DNA of 64,000 nucleotides, from sequence record OR352947.1, one strand, 5' to 3'. This document shows positions 23,595 through 33,465 of this stretch, in pieces. Each line of letters opens with the position of its first letter. The stretch's first letter is position 1. Source of the DNA: Escherichia phage AV117. A program made the translations under genes and the position numbers. The notes beneath the pieces are model-generated. The model was not told the DNA's origin. It saw nothing but the letters and a program-made list of their open reading frames with translations, and did not search any database.

Positions 23595-24704
23595 ATGATT
23601 AGTGTAAAAGAAATAGTAGTAGATGCAAAGGATTTAAATAAAGCAATCCCAGTCTCAGAAAGTGCTGGGCAAAGCACTAAAACCGAAACAACTACTAAAA
23701 CTTATGTTGCTCAATTTCCTACAGGAAGAGCAGCCGGAAATGACTCCACAGGAGACTTCCAGGTAACAGATCTTTATAAGAATGGATTATTATTTACCGC
23801 GTACAATATGTCTGCACGCGATTCAGGATCCCTCAGGAATTTACGTCCGGCATACGCCGGCACTTCATCTAACGGTATCATATCAGATTTAACTGATAAT
23901 GTGAAAGATGCAGTGACTAAATTCTCTAATGGGTTGCTTCCTGCCGGAGCTAATAAACCTACTATAAATAAAACTCCTGTCGCTAATATACTTTTGCCAC
24001 GTTCCAAATCTGACGTTGATACAACTTCACATCGTTTTAATGATATTGGCGATAGCCTTATTACTAAAGGTGGAGGTACTGCTACGGGTGTTTTAAGTAA
24101 CATTGCTTCTACTGCAGTTTTTGGTGCATTAGATTCTATTACTCAAGGGCTTATGGCTGATAATAACGAACAGATTTATACGACTTCTCGTAGTATGTAT
24201 GGCGGTGCTGAGAACCGTACTAAAGTCTTTACATGGGATTTAACTCCACGTTCAACTGAAGACCTTATGGCTATTATAAACATTTACCAGTATTTTAACT
24301 ATTTCTCATATGGTGAGACCGGTAAATCACAATACGCCCAAGAGATTAAAAGTTATTTAGACGAATGGTACCGTTCAACGTTTATTGAGCCTATGACGCC
24401 TGATGATGCAGTAAAAAATAAGACATTGTTTGAAAAGATTACTGCGTCATTAACAAATGTATTAGTTGTAAGCAACCCTACAATTTGGATGGTTAAAAAC
24501 TTTGGTTATACATCTAAATTTGATGGATTAACTGACGTATTTGGCCCATGTCAAATTCAAAGCGTACGTTTTGATAAAACTCCAAATGGACAATTTAATG
24601 GTCTTGCTGTTGCTCCTAACTTACCGTCAACATTTACGTTAGAGATAACAATGCGAGAAATTATTACATTAAACCGTTCTTCACTTTATGCGGGGACTTT
24701 CTAA
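23595..24704 (+). CDS. 48: baseplate tail tube junction protein gp48
   Basis: 369 aa, synteny. Confidence 0.88.
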   Translation: MISVKEIVVDAKDLNKAIPVSESAGQSTKTETTTKTYVAQFPTGRAAGNDSTGDFQVTDLYKNGLLFTAYNMSARDSGSLRNLRPAYAGTSSNGIISDLTDNVKDAVTKFSNGLLPAGANKPTINKTPVANILLPRSKSDVDTTSHRFNDIGDSLITKGGGTATGVLSNIASTAVFGALDSITQGLMADNNEQIYTTSRSMYGGAENRTKVFTWDLTPRSTEDLMAIINIYQYFNYFSYGETGKSQYAQEIKSYLDEWYRSTFIEPMTPDDAVKNKTLFEKITASLTNVLVVSNPTIWMVKNFGYTSKFDGLTDVFGPCQIQSVRFDKTPNGQFNGLAVAPNLPSTFTLEITMREIITLNRSSLYAGTF

Positions 24705-25666
24705 TGTACTCTTTAGAAGAATTTAATAACCAAGCTATAAATGCAGATTTCCAACGAAACAATATGTTTAGTTGTGTATTTGCTACTACACCATCAACCA
24801 AATCGTCTTCACTAATTTCGTCAATTGGTAGTTTTGCTTATAATAACTTAGGGTTGGATTCTGATTGGTTAGGATTAACTCAAGGTGACATCAATCAGGG
24901 CGTAACAACCCTGATTACAGCAGGAACACAGAAATTAATTCGAAAATCAGGTGTAAGTAAATATCTGATTGGAGCAATGAGTCAACGTACGGTACAAAGC
25001 TTGTTGGGTGAGTTCACGGTAGGAGCTTATCTGATAGACTTCTTCAATATGGCATATAATAATACAGGTTTAATGATTTATTCTGTAAAAATGCCTGAGA
25101 ACCGATTATCTTATGAAACGGATTTCAACCATAACTCCCCGAACATCCGAATTACCGGCCGTGAAATGGACCCGTTAGTAATAAGCTTTAGAATGGATTC
25201 CGAAGCATCTAACTTTAGAGCAATGCAAGACTGGGTAAACTCAGTCCAAGACCCTGTAACAGGTCTTCGTGCTTTACCACAAGACGTCGAAGCAGATATT
25301 CAGGTTAATTTACATGCACGAAATGGTTTACCACATACCGCTGTCATGTTCACCGGATGTATTCCTGTTAGTGTCTCTTCTCCTGAGTTAACGTATGATG
25401 GTGATAATCAGATAACAGTTTTTGATGTAACATTTGCTTATCGCGTTATGCAATCAGGTGCTGTAAATAGACAGGCTGCTTTAGAATGGCTGGAATCAGG
25501 ACTTATTAGTAGTGTTTCAGGAATGTTTGGAAATAATCAGAATGATTCTGGCCTAGGAAGTGCAGTATCAAGACTTTCTAGATTAGGTGGGACTGCTGGA
25601 GGTGTGTCTAATATAAACACGTTGACAGGTGTGGTGAATTCTGCGTCAAGAGTTTTAGGACTATAA
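24704..25666 (+). CDS. 54: baseplate tail tube initiator gp54
   Basis: 320 aa, ATGA-coupled to gene 48, T4 gp54 length. Confidence 0.88.
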   Translation: MYSLEEFNNQAINADFQRNNMFSCVFATTPSTKSSSLISSIGSFAYNNLGLDSDWLGLTQGDINQGVTTLITAGTQKLIRKSGVSKYLIGAMSQRTVQSLLGEFTVGAYLIDFFNMAYNNTGLMIYSVKMPENRLSYETDFNHNSPNIRITGREMDPLVISFRMDSEASNFRAMQDWVNSVQDPVTGLRALPQDVEADIQVNLHARNGLPHTAVMFTGCIPVSVSSPELTYDGDNQITVFDVTFAYRVMQSGAVNRQAALEWLESGLISSVSGMFGNNQNDSGLGSAVSRLSRLGGTAGGVSNINTLTGVVNSASRVLGL

Positions 25667-25673
25667 GAAAAAA

Positions 25674-25693
25674 GGGAGACAACGTCTCCCTTT
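25674..25693 (+). terminator. terminator after gene 54
   Basis: GGGAGAC-AAC-GUCUCCC then UUU. Confidence 0.6.
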
Positions 25694-25699
25694 AGGGGT

Positions 25700-26065
25700 T
25701 TATTTACGGAATGAAAGGAATGCTGGTGCTCTGAATGGAGTATCATCTTTAGAGTATTTAACTAATACGACCATTGGTACCTCTGTTTCTAAATGACCTG
25801 TCACTACACCGACAAAAATTTGATCAGTGTGCTCAGGGTCACGAAAGTTTTTAAGAGGTTCCATAGCAATATGGAATGCACCTGGGAATACTCGATTCAA
25901 TTCGTCAATCACGGCTTCGTTAAAAACATCATCCGCTGGGATAACATCTTCAACTACTAGTTCTTGACCATTAAAGCGAAGCATAGATTTCATAACGTTT
26001 TCCTCATGTTGTTGATGGGATGATAGTATCACACATCCATGTGTTTGTAAACTATCCTTGGACAA
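25700..26065 (-). CDS. hypothetical protein downstream of alt
   Basis: 121 aa ORF overlapping the alt stop; T4 alt.-1 position. Confidence 0.5.
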   Translation of the reverse strand: MSKDSLQTHGCVILSSHQQHEENVMKSMLRFNGQELVVEDVIPADDVFNEAVIDELNRVFPGAFHIAMEPLKNFRDPEHTDQIFVGVVTGHLETEVPMVVLVKYSKDDTPFRAPAFLSFRK

Positions 26066-28139
26066 ATTTAAACGGAACCGATTCTAAATCCATTAAAGAT
26101 GCTAACAATTTCAATCCTTTAGGAGCACTAGTTTTTTCTACAAATGAGGAGAACGATACCAGCTCATCTGATTCGATTTCACCCGTCATAGCAACCACCT
26201 CGCCTGTTTCCATGAGAACATCACCATCGTAAATGACAGCTTCGTCCAACTGGTCTGAGGACATGACTTCAGCTTGAATAAATTTAAGGTTGGATTCTAA
26301 ACCTGCACCAGTGTCAGATGACGCATCTGTAATTTTATTTATCTGTAAGAGAATGCCTCTAGGCAAAATAATTTCTTGCTCATTAGGGTGATTACTCAAC
26401 TGGCCTGGATAAATCACGTTAACTTTATGAGCGCCATCAATAGCCCATCCAACGTTAACACGGATTTGGTCTGGTGCATGCATAGCTGTTCTTACTTGAC
26501 TAGGAGAAATAGTAACACCTTCGTCATTATTGTCAATGTTAAGCTCTTTGCGAACTTCTTCAGGAGCAAGTCCAAGGGCAACGTTCTCTTTAAACCCACC
26601 GAAAATAATAGGAGCTAGTGAAGTGGAAACATAGTTTCTGAAGTAGAATACCTTATTTTTAACCATTGCTTCGTAAATAGGCATTCTGATAGACTGAGCT
26701 CTATATAACGTTAGTCCTTCAGGTAAACGGTCTCCATTTAAAAACGCCGAATCAAGACCATCAATAGCGCGTTTAACTTCATCTTCATCTGCAACATCGT
26801 AAAAATCTGGTTTATAACGACCTAACAACATATTATTGATATCGGTATACGCAGAAGAGGCATATTCACGAATAGCTCGTTTTTCAGCAACAGAGTATTG
26901 TTTAGGGTCCCGATTCATTGTTATATTAAAGGTGCCTCTAGCCGATTCTCGTGCATAAGTATACATCACATTAGACAAGAACGCTGATTTACGTTGTTTC
27001 CAAGTTCTTTCAGATACTTCAGCTAAAACATCGTCAGGCAGTTGGAAATTATCACGTCTAAAATCTTCAAACCATTCGTCTCTAATAGAGTCTGCAATTT
27101 CGTTTGCAGCTTCAACAAAAGCGGCTAATGCTTTAACAGATGTTGTTTTTTCAGTTTTAATTTTCTTAGCAAACTTTTCTAAAGTCGGCTTAATAACACT
27201 ACCATAAGAAACTTCATCAGCAAATTTAAAGGATTCATCAATACGATTATAAATCTTATTTTCGATATCAGCAACTAAAGTGCCTTTTGCTGTGGACGAT
27301 GCTTGGGCTAGTACAATTTCATATGCTTCAGGAAGTAATTCGGCTGTAGCTGGGCCGCTAACTTCTTTAGCAGAATTTTCGTATTTCTGGAATAACTCAC
27401 CTTCTTGACGGTCAGCTTCTAAAGATTGACTTGCTGCAATAGCACGACGAGAAATTTTAGTACGAGCAATAACAGGCTTATCTTTACGTTTTTCTTCTAC
27501 AGCAGCAATAGAACCAGCGATAGCTGTTTCTTTGGTGACCGTTTCGCCAGTCTTTTTACTCACATAAACTTCGCCAACATCAGAATCTACTTTCGTGTAC
27601 AACTCTGTGTTAATGTTAGGGATGCCTTTAATATCTTCAATGTTGGCATTTTTACGAACCATCATCACATAGGTATGTTTACCTGTGAATTGATACATTG
27701 CCGACAATACTTTAAAACGACCACCGGTTTTAGTAGAAACTAAACGAGCAAGAAGAGTTTGAAGTTGTTGTCCACGTCCTTTCAATTTCTTGGTAGGGAA
27801 TCGGAACAGAACTGCATCCATACGAAGAGCTTTAACCTGTTCATATACTGTATTGAAAATGGTGTTGATTGCATCAATAGGAGCAGGACCAAGGCCGTTT
27901 TTCAATTCAGCGAGATTACCCTTTTCAGACAGACTCATAATAACAACATGAGCGTATTTGTCGCCAAGTTTAACTTGTTTTACAGCATCGCCTTCAGAAA
28001 GGTAAGAGAATAAGCGAACTACGATGTTTGTATCGATATCACCAATTTTCCAGACTTGTGGAACTTTAGCTTTAGGGTTCAAATTGACGACAGGAAGACT
28101 GCCTTCAGATTCAAACACTTCATTTAATTGTTCAGACAT
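26052..28139 (-). CDS. alt: Alt ADP-ribosyltransferase (packaged, modifies host RNA polymerase)
   Basis: 695 aa; C-terminal ART signature R (LYRAQSIRMP), STS (YVSTSLAP) and EQE (NEQEIILP); synteny next to gene 30. Confidence 0.9.
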   Translation of the reverse strand: MSEQLNEVFESEGSLPVVNLNPKAKVPQVWKIGDIDTNIVVRLFSYLSEGDAVKQVKLGDKYAHVVIMSLSEKGNLAELKNGLGPAPIDAINTIFNTVYEQVKALRMDAVLFRFPTKKLKGRGQQLQTLLARLVSTKTGGRFKVLSAMYQFTGKHTYVMMVRKNANIEDIKGIPNINTELYTKVDSDVGEVYVSKKTGETVTKETAIAGSIAAVEEKRKDKPVIARTKISRRAIAASQSLEADRQEGELFQKYENSAKEVSGPATAELLPEAYEIVLAQASSTAKGTLVADIENKIYNRIDESFKFADEVSYGSVIKPTLEKFAKKIKTEKTTSVKALAAFVEAANEIADSIRDEWFEDFRRDNFQLPDDVLAEVSERTWKQRKSAFLSNVMYTYARESARGTFNITMNRDPKQYSVAEKRAIREYASSAYTDINNMLLGRYKPDFYDVADEDEVKRAIDGLDSAFLNGDRLPEGLTLYRAQSIRMPIYEAMVKNKVFYFRNYVSTSLAPIIFGGFKENVALGLAPEEVRKELNIDNNDEGVTISPSQVRTAMHAPDQIRVNVGWAIDGAHKVNVIYPGQLSNHPNEQEIILPRGILLQINKITDASSDTGAGLESNLKFIQAEVMSSDQLDEAVIYDGDVLMETGEVVAMTGEIESDELVSFSSFVEKTSAPKGLKLLASLMDLESVPFKFVQG

Positions 28140-28171
28140 AGTGTTTTCCTTTTAGTAATAATTTATATTTA

Positions 28172-28196
28172 TGCCAAAAAGAGCCCGAAGGCTCTT
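28172..28196 (-). terminator. terminator upstream of the alt promoter region
   Basis: minus-sense AAGAGCC-UUCG-GGCUCUU then UUUUU. Confidence 0.55.
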
Positions 28197-28404
28197 AATC
28201 CACAATCGGGAGCAAAGTACGATAAACTTCAAAATTAGGGCCTTTTTCGTACTTATCAAAATTGTCCATAAAAATACGATAGGAATCGTTATTAGGAAAA
28301 TCTAATATAATCTGAGAGCAAGAGGTGGAAACATCTCCACCATCCTTCTTAGCTACAATAACTGTTTCTAAATAAGCTTTCATTATAAACCTGTCTGGGA
28401 CCAC
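28195..28404 (-). CDS. hypothetical protein
   Basis: 69 aa ORF overlapping the ligase stop; hairpin terminator at its 3' end. Confidence 0.45.
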   Translation of the reverse strand: MVPDRFIMKAYLETVIVAKKDGGDVSTSCSQIILDFPNNDSYRIFMDNFDKYEKGPNFEVYRTLLPIVD

Positions 28405-29876
28405 GGTCCAAATACGTCTTCAAATGAATCCGCTTCTGTTTTATCAAAACGGAACCCTTTAATAATTGGAAGGAAAATACCTACAGTGCCTTCACGGCCT
28501 TTAGAATGAACCCAACCATTACATTCACAATCAGCGATACGTCCAATTAATTTACCTTCACGAGCTTCGGCCATTAATCGTTCACGGTCTAAATCATGAC
28601 GCTCGTCTAAAGGAATAAGAACCTTTACACCATCAACTGTTTTATGAGTTGTATCTTTAAAACCTGAACCACAATCGGTTGTAATACGTCGACAACGTGA
28701 TACGAGTTCGACACCACCTAATTTGTTAGGGTCTTTAGAGTGTTCATAGTATCCTACAACTTCTAAAGCGATATCAATAACTTCTTTAAATTTAATTAGG
28801 TTCTTAGATCGTTTGTTTTCCCAATATGAATCACGGTTTTTAAGGATAATACCTTCAAGACCTTGGTCAACATATTTTTTATAAACCACTTTAGCTTCGT
28901 CAAGATTACGAACTAACTGATTTTCAATTGGTTCAATTCGCTTAAAGCCTTCAGCCATATTTTCAAGAGCGGCAAAACGAACATCGTATTTCTGACCTTT
29001 AATTTTGCCATCAGAATAGACTTCATCTAAAGGAACATAGTCCCAGGCTTGAAGAACCATACCTTCCGCTTCTTTAGGAGAAATAGTCCCTTGAAGAGAT
29101 TTATTTGCTAAACCATTTGAAGTGCTACGGTCTGCAACTTGTACTTCTTCTGATTCTTCATTATCACCAAATAAGAACGACAGGTCATTTCCTGAGCTCA
29201 CAGCCTTTTTAATATCAAATGAATGATAAACTAATTCACCGTCGATTAAAACCCCATTAGGGTGTCTTTCACGAGCTTCTTTAGTCATTTCCATTAGTTC
29301 ATCCGCTAATAGAGTAAGACCATGGTATTCGTTACCGGCACGAGAAAAGAATTGAACACCATCATCGCGAACTTCAGCGAAACAACGAGCACCATCTGCT
29401 TTTAATTGGGCAAATGCGGGCCATTTAATATTTTTAGTAATCAATTTCTCATCATATGCAGATGCTAACATCTGTGGTTGCAATTGAATAAGTCCAGGCC
29501 ACACCTTATTCGCGATAGACACTGAAGCACCTACTTCAAGGTCGCGCATCATTACACGACGAAGGACTTCTACATCATCAGGTTTACCGTCCGCGATATA
29601 ACCCATGAGCTCTTTAATTGCAGCATTACCAGTGAGTTTACGAGTGGCTAATGTGAACTCAATAAAATCCAACATGTCGTCTAATTCAAGAAGTCCATAT
29701 GCTTGAGACCTTTCACCCGGTCCTGGCCATTTCTTAATATAATACTGGATACCACGTGCATATGTTAAACGATACACACGTTCAAGTAATTTGTTGTCCT
29801 TATTTTTCTTAAGGATTTCTTGTTTTGTTTTAGTAGAACCGATCGCAGCTATTTGGTTTAAAATATCTAAAATCAT
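28383..29876 (-). CDS. 30: ATP-dependent DNA ligase
   Basis: 497 aa; adenylation motif KADGAR; T4 ligase size and position. Confidence 0.95.
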   Translation of the reverse strand: MILDILNQIAAIGSTKTKQEILKKNKDNKLLERVYRLTYARGIQYYIKKWPGPGERSQAYGLLELDDMLDFIEFTLATRKLTGNAAIKELMGYIADGKPDDVEVLRRVMMRDLEVGASVSIANKVWPGLIQLQPQMLASAYDEKLITKNIKWPAFAQLKADGARCFAEVRDDGVQFFSRAGNEYHGLTLLADELMEMTKEARERHPNGVLIDGELVYHSFDIKKAVSSGNDLSFLFGDNEESEEVQVADRSTSNGLANKSLQGTISPKEAEGMVLQAWDYVPLDEVYSDGKIKGQKYDVRFAALENMAEGFKRIEPIENQLVRNLDEAKVVYKKYVDQGLEGIILKNRDSYWENKRSKNLIKFKEVIDIALEVVGYYEHSKDPNKLGGVELVSRCRRITTDCGSGFKDTTHKTVDGVKVLIPLDERHDLDRERLMAEAREGKLIGRIADCECNGWVHSKGREGTVGIFLPIIKGFRFDKTEADSFEDVFGPWSQTGL

Positions 29877-30142
29877 TTGATGTCCTCGATTTTGGTTACG
29901 GTTCTATTATAAGCCACTTCATCTAGAAGCGATTTCAGCGTTTTCTGATAAGTGGTAATCCATTTACCGAGACCTTCAACATAATATTCTGAGATGTAGA
30001 TGAACCCTTGTTCAACACACTCTTTAAATATTTCTGCGTCTTTTACTGAACGAAACAATGGCCAGTCTCGAAAGAACATGTTAACGTGACCGTAGTCACG
30101 CGTTGTGTTTTTGCCATCTGTAATATCATGAACTACAAACAT
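29873..30142 (-). CDS. hypothetical protein (30.1 position)
   Basis: 89 aa, ATGA-coupled to ligase. Confidence 0.6.
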   Translation of the reverse strand: MFVVHDITDGKNTTRDYGHVNMFFRDWPLFRSVKDAEIFKECVEQGFIYISEYYVEGLGKWITTYQKTLKSLLDEVAYNRTVTKIEDIK

Positions 30143-30151
30143 AATTAACCC

Positions 30152-30967
30152 TTAACAATTTGTAGACCAAGTCCATTTGGACGAATCTAAAGGAAAGTTT
30201 TGAATCGTCCACCATGGCTGCATATTGGTTGGTCCTGGGGTTCGCCAGGTATACGGATTCGACGGAGTGCCAATTTGATTAGGCCATGCACCTGGACTTG
30301 TTGCACCAGATTCTTTAAGCAAATCCGCCAATCGTTTTAAAAGGTCTTCACGATCTGAATTTGAATTATGCTCTGGTGGAACCAAACGAGATTCAATATC
30401 ATCCCATGTGTGTACACGTTGTGCAGTACGAGGAATATCATCACGTTCACCACGAGCCAACCAATAAATCGGTACATTAAGAATTTCTGCTGCATGGTCA
30501 CAGTGATGAGCTAAATCGTCAACGTAACAAATCACATTATATTTTGTTTTAGCTAGTTCGAATAATTGTTCCTTTGAAGAATCATGTCCACACATCATTA
30601 CTTCAGAAAAGGCGCCTGGGAACAAAGCATTCAAATTAAATTGTCTATTCAATCGAGCATCAATTGAATCACCTAGCGCCGTCACGGCTACAAAATTATA
30701 GTCTTCTTTTAGTTTATTGATAACTCGAAGAGCATCCGAATAAGGCGCTAAGTAACGAATAAAATCAGAGCGATTATATTTTTCTATTAATTGTTTACCG
30801 AGGTTATCGTCGGTATTGAATAGTTTACCAGGAGAAATAAATTTTTCGTCCTGAATCATTTTTAAAATATGTTCTAATGGAAGATTATATTTTTGGGCAA
30901 AATAAGGAAGTCCAGATTGCCAGCTTAAACATACACCATCAATATCAGTCAAAATAGTAGGTTTCAT
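30152..30967 (-). CDS. HAD-like hydrolase domain protein (30.2 position)
   Basis: 271 aa; N-terminal ILTDIDGV resembles HAD motif I (DxDG); Trp/Pro-rich C-terminus. Confidence 0.6.
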   Translation of the reverse strand: MKPTILTDIDGVCLSWQSGLPYFAQKYNLPLEHILKMIQDEKFISPGKLFNTDDNLGKQLIEKYNRSDFIRYLAPYSDALRVINKLKEDYNFVAVTALGDSIDARLNRQFNLNALFPGAFSEVMMCGHDSSKEQLFELAKTKYNVICYVDDLAHHCDHAAEILNVPIYWLARGERDDIPRTAQRVHTWDDIESRLVPPEHNSNSDREDLLKRLADLLKESGATSPGAWPNQIGTPSNPYTWRTPGPTNMQPWWTIQNFPLDSSKWTWSTNC

Positions 30968-31431
30968 AAAGAGTCTCTTAATAGGTTTAACACATCAATA
31001 AATTCAGCTTCGGTTAGTATTGTATCATCTTTTGTTAGACCGCTAGCCATGCTGTGCTTCAAAACTTTTCCTTTCGAGGCTTGTAATGCATCGCGAAAGC
31101 CCTTGTTTTGGATCGCTGCTTCAAAATATGCATTTGTATACAACTCTTTCCATGCTGCAGAGTATCTTGAAAAGGGAACTCCAATCCAGAAGAGGGTCCC
31201 ACGGTCCTGAGCTCTAGCATAAGCTCGTCCAGCTTGTTGGGCGGCAAGCCCGGATAACCCAAATATACGTCTTTGCTGTTCAACATTTTTCACCTTACAT
31301 CCTTGAAGGAATCCTTCGAGACCTCCGAATTGAATACCATCCATAACAAAAGGCCATTGGGCGAAATTACTTAATGCGCATGACGGCCATTTGAAATTGC
31401 TTCTTATTTCTAATTCAGACATCTTTAACAC
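30964..31431 (-). CDS. NADAR/YbiA-like (DUF1768) protein, 30.3 position
   Basis: 155 aa; LSNFAQWPF matches the YbiA SNFAAWP signature; coupled to the upstream ORF. Confidence 0.65.
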   Translation of the reverse strand: MLKMSELEIRSNFKWPSCALSNFAQWPFVMDGIQFGGLEGFLQGCKVKNVEQQRRIFGLSGLAAQQAGRAYARAQDRGTLFWIGVPFSRYSAAWKELYTNAYFEAAIQNKGFRDALQASKGKVLKHSMASGLTKDDTILTEAEFIDVLNLLRDSL

Positions 31432-31633
31432 TTATAATTTCAACATCAGCCCAATGGCCGTATCCAGGTATACGGTCTTCGATAGATAAATTTCCGTCAT
31501 TTTTAGGCATTTTAATTGACGTAACGTATGGTTCTAAACGGTTTTCTGCATAATATGGAAAAACGTCTGTTACACGATAAGTAACTTCGATCATTTCCAT
31601 ACCAAACAATTTCTGGATTAATTTATTCAACAT
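31415..31633 (-). CDS. hypothetical protein
   Basis: 72 aa ORF in the early 30.x block. Confidence 0.5.
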   Translation of the reverse strand: MLNKLIQKLFGMEMIEVTYRVTDVFPYYAENRLEPYVTSIKMPKNDGNLSIEDRIPGYGHWADVEIISVKDV

Positions 31634-31820
31634 GTTTCAACCCTTTAATAGGAGATAACTCTTTACCCATACGTATGTCAGAAGTCCAATCAACCCATTG
31701 AACAGCATACGCTTCATTGATAATTCCAGCGGCGGTTTTAAATTCAGGGAGAACTTTAAAAATCACCCCAGGAATTCCAACACCTTTTAATTGGACTGTT
31801 TGTGCTATTAAAAATTTCAT
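31623..31820 (-). CDS. hypothetical protein
   Basis: 65 aa ORF in the early 30.x block. Confidence 0.45.
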   Translation of the reverse strand: MKFLIAQTVQLKGVGIPGVIFKVLPEFKTAAGIINEAYAVQWVDWTSDIRMGKELSPIKGLKHVE

Positions 31821-31874
31821 ATTTTTCCACTTACTAAAGAAATCATTATACTCTAATCCGTCCTTGGATGTAAA

Positions 31875-32489
31875 CTACTTAATGAAATTAATTTCTACCG
31901 GATGAACAACAGGTTGAGCAGTGATATATTGAGTAACTGCTTTCATGACTAGAGCTTCAGAACCAGGATTTTTCTCAACGAATTCACGTGCTTGGTTATG
32001 AGCTTCAAGTTCACTTAGTAAACCACTTCTTTGGCATCCACGGTCTTGAGTACCCTGTTCAGATAAAAAGGCGACGATGTATTTTTCATCGTCATACGGT
32101 TTAGGCAGTTGAGCAAATGTTCCTTTACTTCCAAAAGGAGAGTTATGACGCCACATCACACCGTGAGGAGTTTCAACCTTCGTATATTCATGTGGGCCAT
32201 TTTTCTTAGTTTCTTGATGTGGAACTTCGTAGACCTTAGTGTTAGGACATTCAATAAAATGCTCATCTAAATCGGTCGAGAATATTAAAGTAAAACAATG
32301 CCTGAATTTACCAACACCTGCCTGATAAATTTTACCTTCAGAAGTTCTAATTTCACAAACCGAGCCGGCATCAGTAACTTCTAAAACTTCAAAAGGCTCG
32401 ATAAGGTCATATGAGAACATGTTTTTAAGGCGTGGAGTAATATCCCCATTTTTAAAATTCATTTTATAAAAAGTATTAACTTTAAACAT
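31875..32489 (-). CDS. hypothetical protein
   Basis: 204 aa ORF, no recognisable motif. Confidence 0.6.
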   Translation of the reverse strand: MFKVNTFYKMNFKNGDITPRLKNMFSYDLIEPFEVLEVTDAGSVCEIRTSEGKIYQAGVGKFRHCFTLIFSTDLDEHFIECPNTKVYEVPHQETKKNGPHEYTKVETPHGVMWRHNSPFGSKGTFAQLPKPYDDEKYIVAFLSEQGTQDRGCQRSGLLSELEAHNQAREFVEKNPGSEALVMKAVTQYITAQPVVHPVEINFIK

Positions 32490-32524
32490 AATTTCCTCAG
32501 TGGGAGCCGAAGCTCCCAGTTAAA

Positions 32525-32890
32525 TTAGATATCAAATTCGTTAAGAACTACATCAAAGATTGCTTCGAGATGTTCAGGTTTAGCTCGGTTACTCAGGATA
32601 TGACGAATCCAAGTTTTAACCAGAAGTTTACGATTAACACCGTTCCAGCAAGGATGAGTACCTAAATCACGTTGACGGAAATCGTCATCTAATGCAATTT
32701 TGAAGTTGGAACCTTCCATCGTGATTGAAACCGTGATACCATTTTCAAATCGCATATAAACGTAATTAGGAGTCATATACTGCTCAATTTCACATACTGA
32801 ACCGTTATTATGCTTCCATAAGCAAATCGTATCAATAGAACCAGCAATACCGTTAGAAACATATTTACGTTCGAAGTTGATGTAGTTCAT
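32525..32890 (-). CDS. hypothetical protein
   Basis: 121 aa ORF, hairpin downstream. Confidence 0.6.
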   Translation of the reverse strand: MNYINFERKYVSNGIAGSIDTICLWKHNNGSVCEIEQYMTPNYVYMRFENGITVSITMEGSNFKIALDDDFRQRDLGTHPCWNGVNRKLLVKTWIRHILSNRAKPEHLEAIFDVVLNEFDI

Positions 32891-32964
32891 TTTATTCTCC
32901 AGATGTTTAAGTTGTTTGTTGGTACAGGACTATAATAACAAAACCTGTACCAAAGTAAACTGTT

Positions 32965-33333
32965 TTATGCAACTTTAATCCAATTGTCTAAATTTAAAAC
33001 ACCTTTGGCTTTCATTTTTTCGATCAGGTTATCTGCTGTAATGCGTCCATTTTGATACCATGTAACATCTTCAGAGTAACCAGTTTCTTCGTCAACATAT
33101 GTTTCTGAACGAATTTTACCGGTAATAATAGTTTTTAATTCGTATGTGTCACCTGTGAAAAAGTTTGCTAACACAATTTTCCAAGAGAAATCATCTGAAG
33201 GACCTTCAGGGGTCATACAACCTACGAACTCAAATTGCTCTTTGTATAACATCCACTGGAATTCTTTAATTTCGATAGCTTTATAACCGTCGTGGTCTTT
33301 ACATTTGATGTATGAGTTCAGATTGATTTTCAT
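32965..33333 (-). CDS. hypothetical protein
   Basis: 122 aa ORF. Confidence 0.6.
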   Translation of the reverse strand: MKINLNSYIKCKDHDGYKAIEIKEFQWMLYKEQFEFVGCMTPEGPSDDFSWKIVLANFFTGDTYELKTIITGKIRSETYVDEETGYSEDVTWYQNGRITADNLIEKMKAKGVLNLDNWIKVA

Positions 33334-33436
33334 TTTATTCTCCGATTGTTTTATTGATTAGGTGGTACAAGTCTATAGTAACACATCCTACAGGAGAGTA
33401 AACATCTTTTTTTTAAACTTTTTCTGCCCTAAACGC

Positions 33437-33460
33437 ACAAAAGGGAGACCGAAGTCTCCC
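33437..33460 (-). terminator. terminator after the 59-aa small gene
   Basis: minus-sense GGGAGAC-UUCG-GUCUCCC then UUUUG. Confidence 0.65.
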
Positions 33461-33465
33461 TAAAA

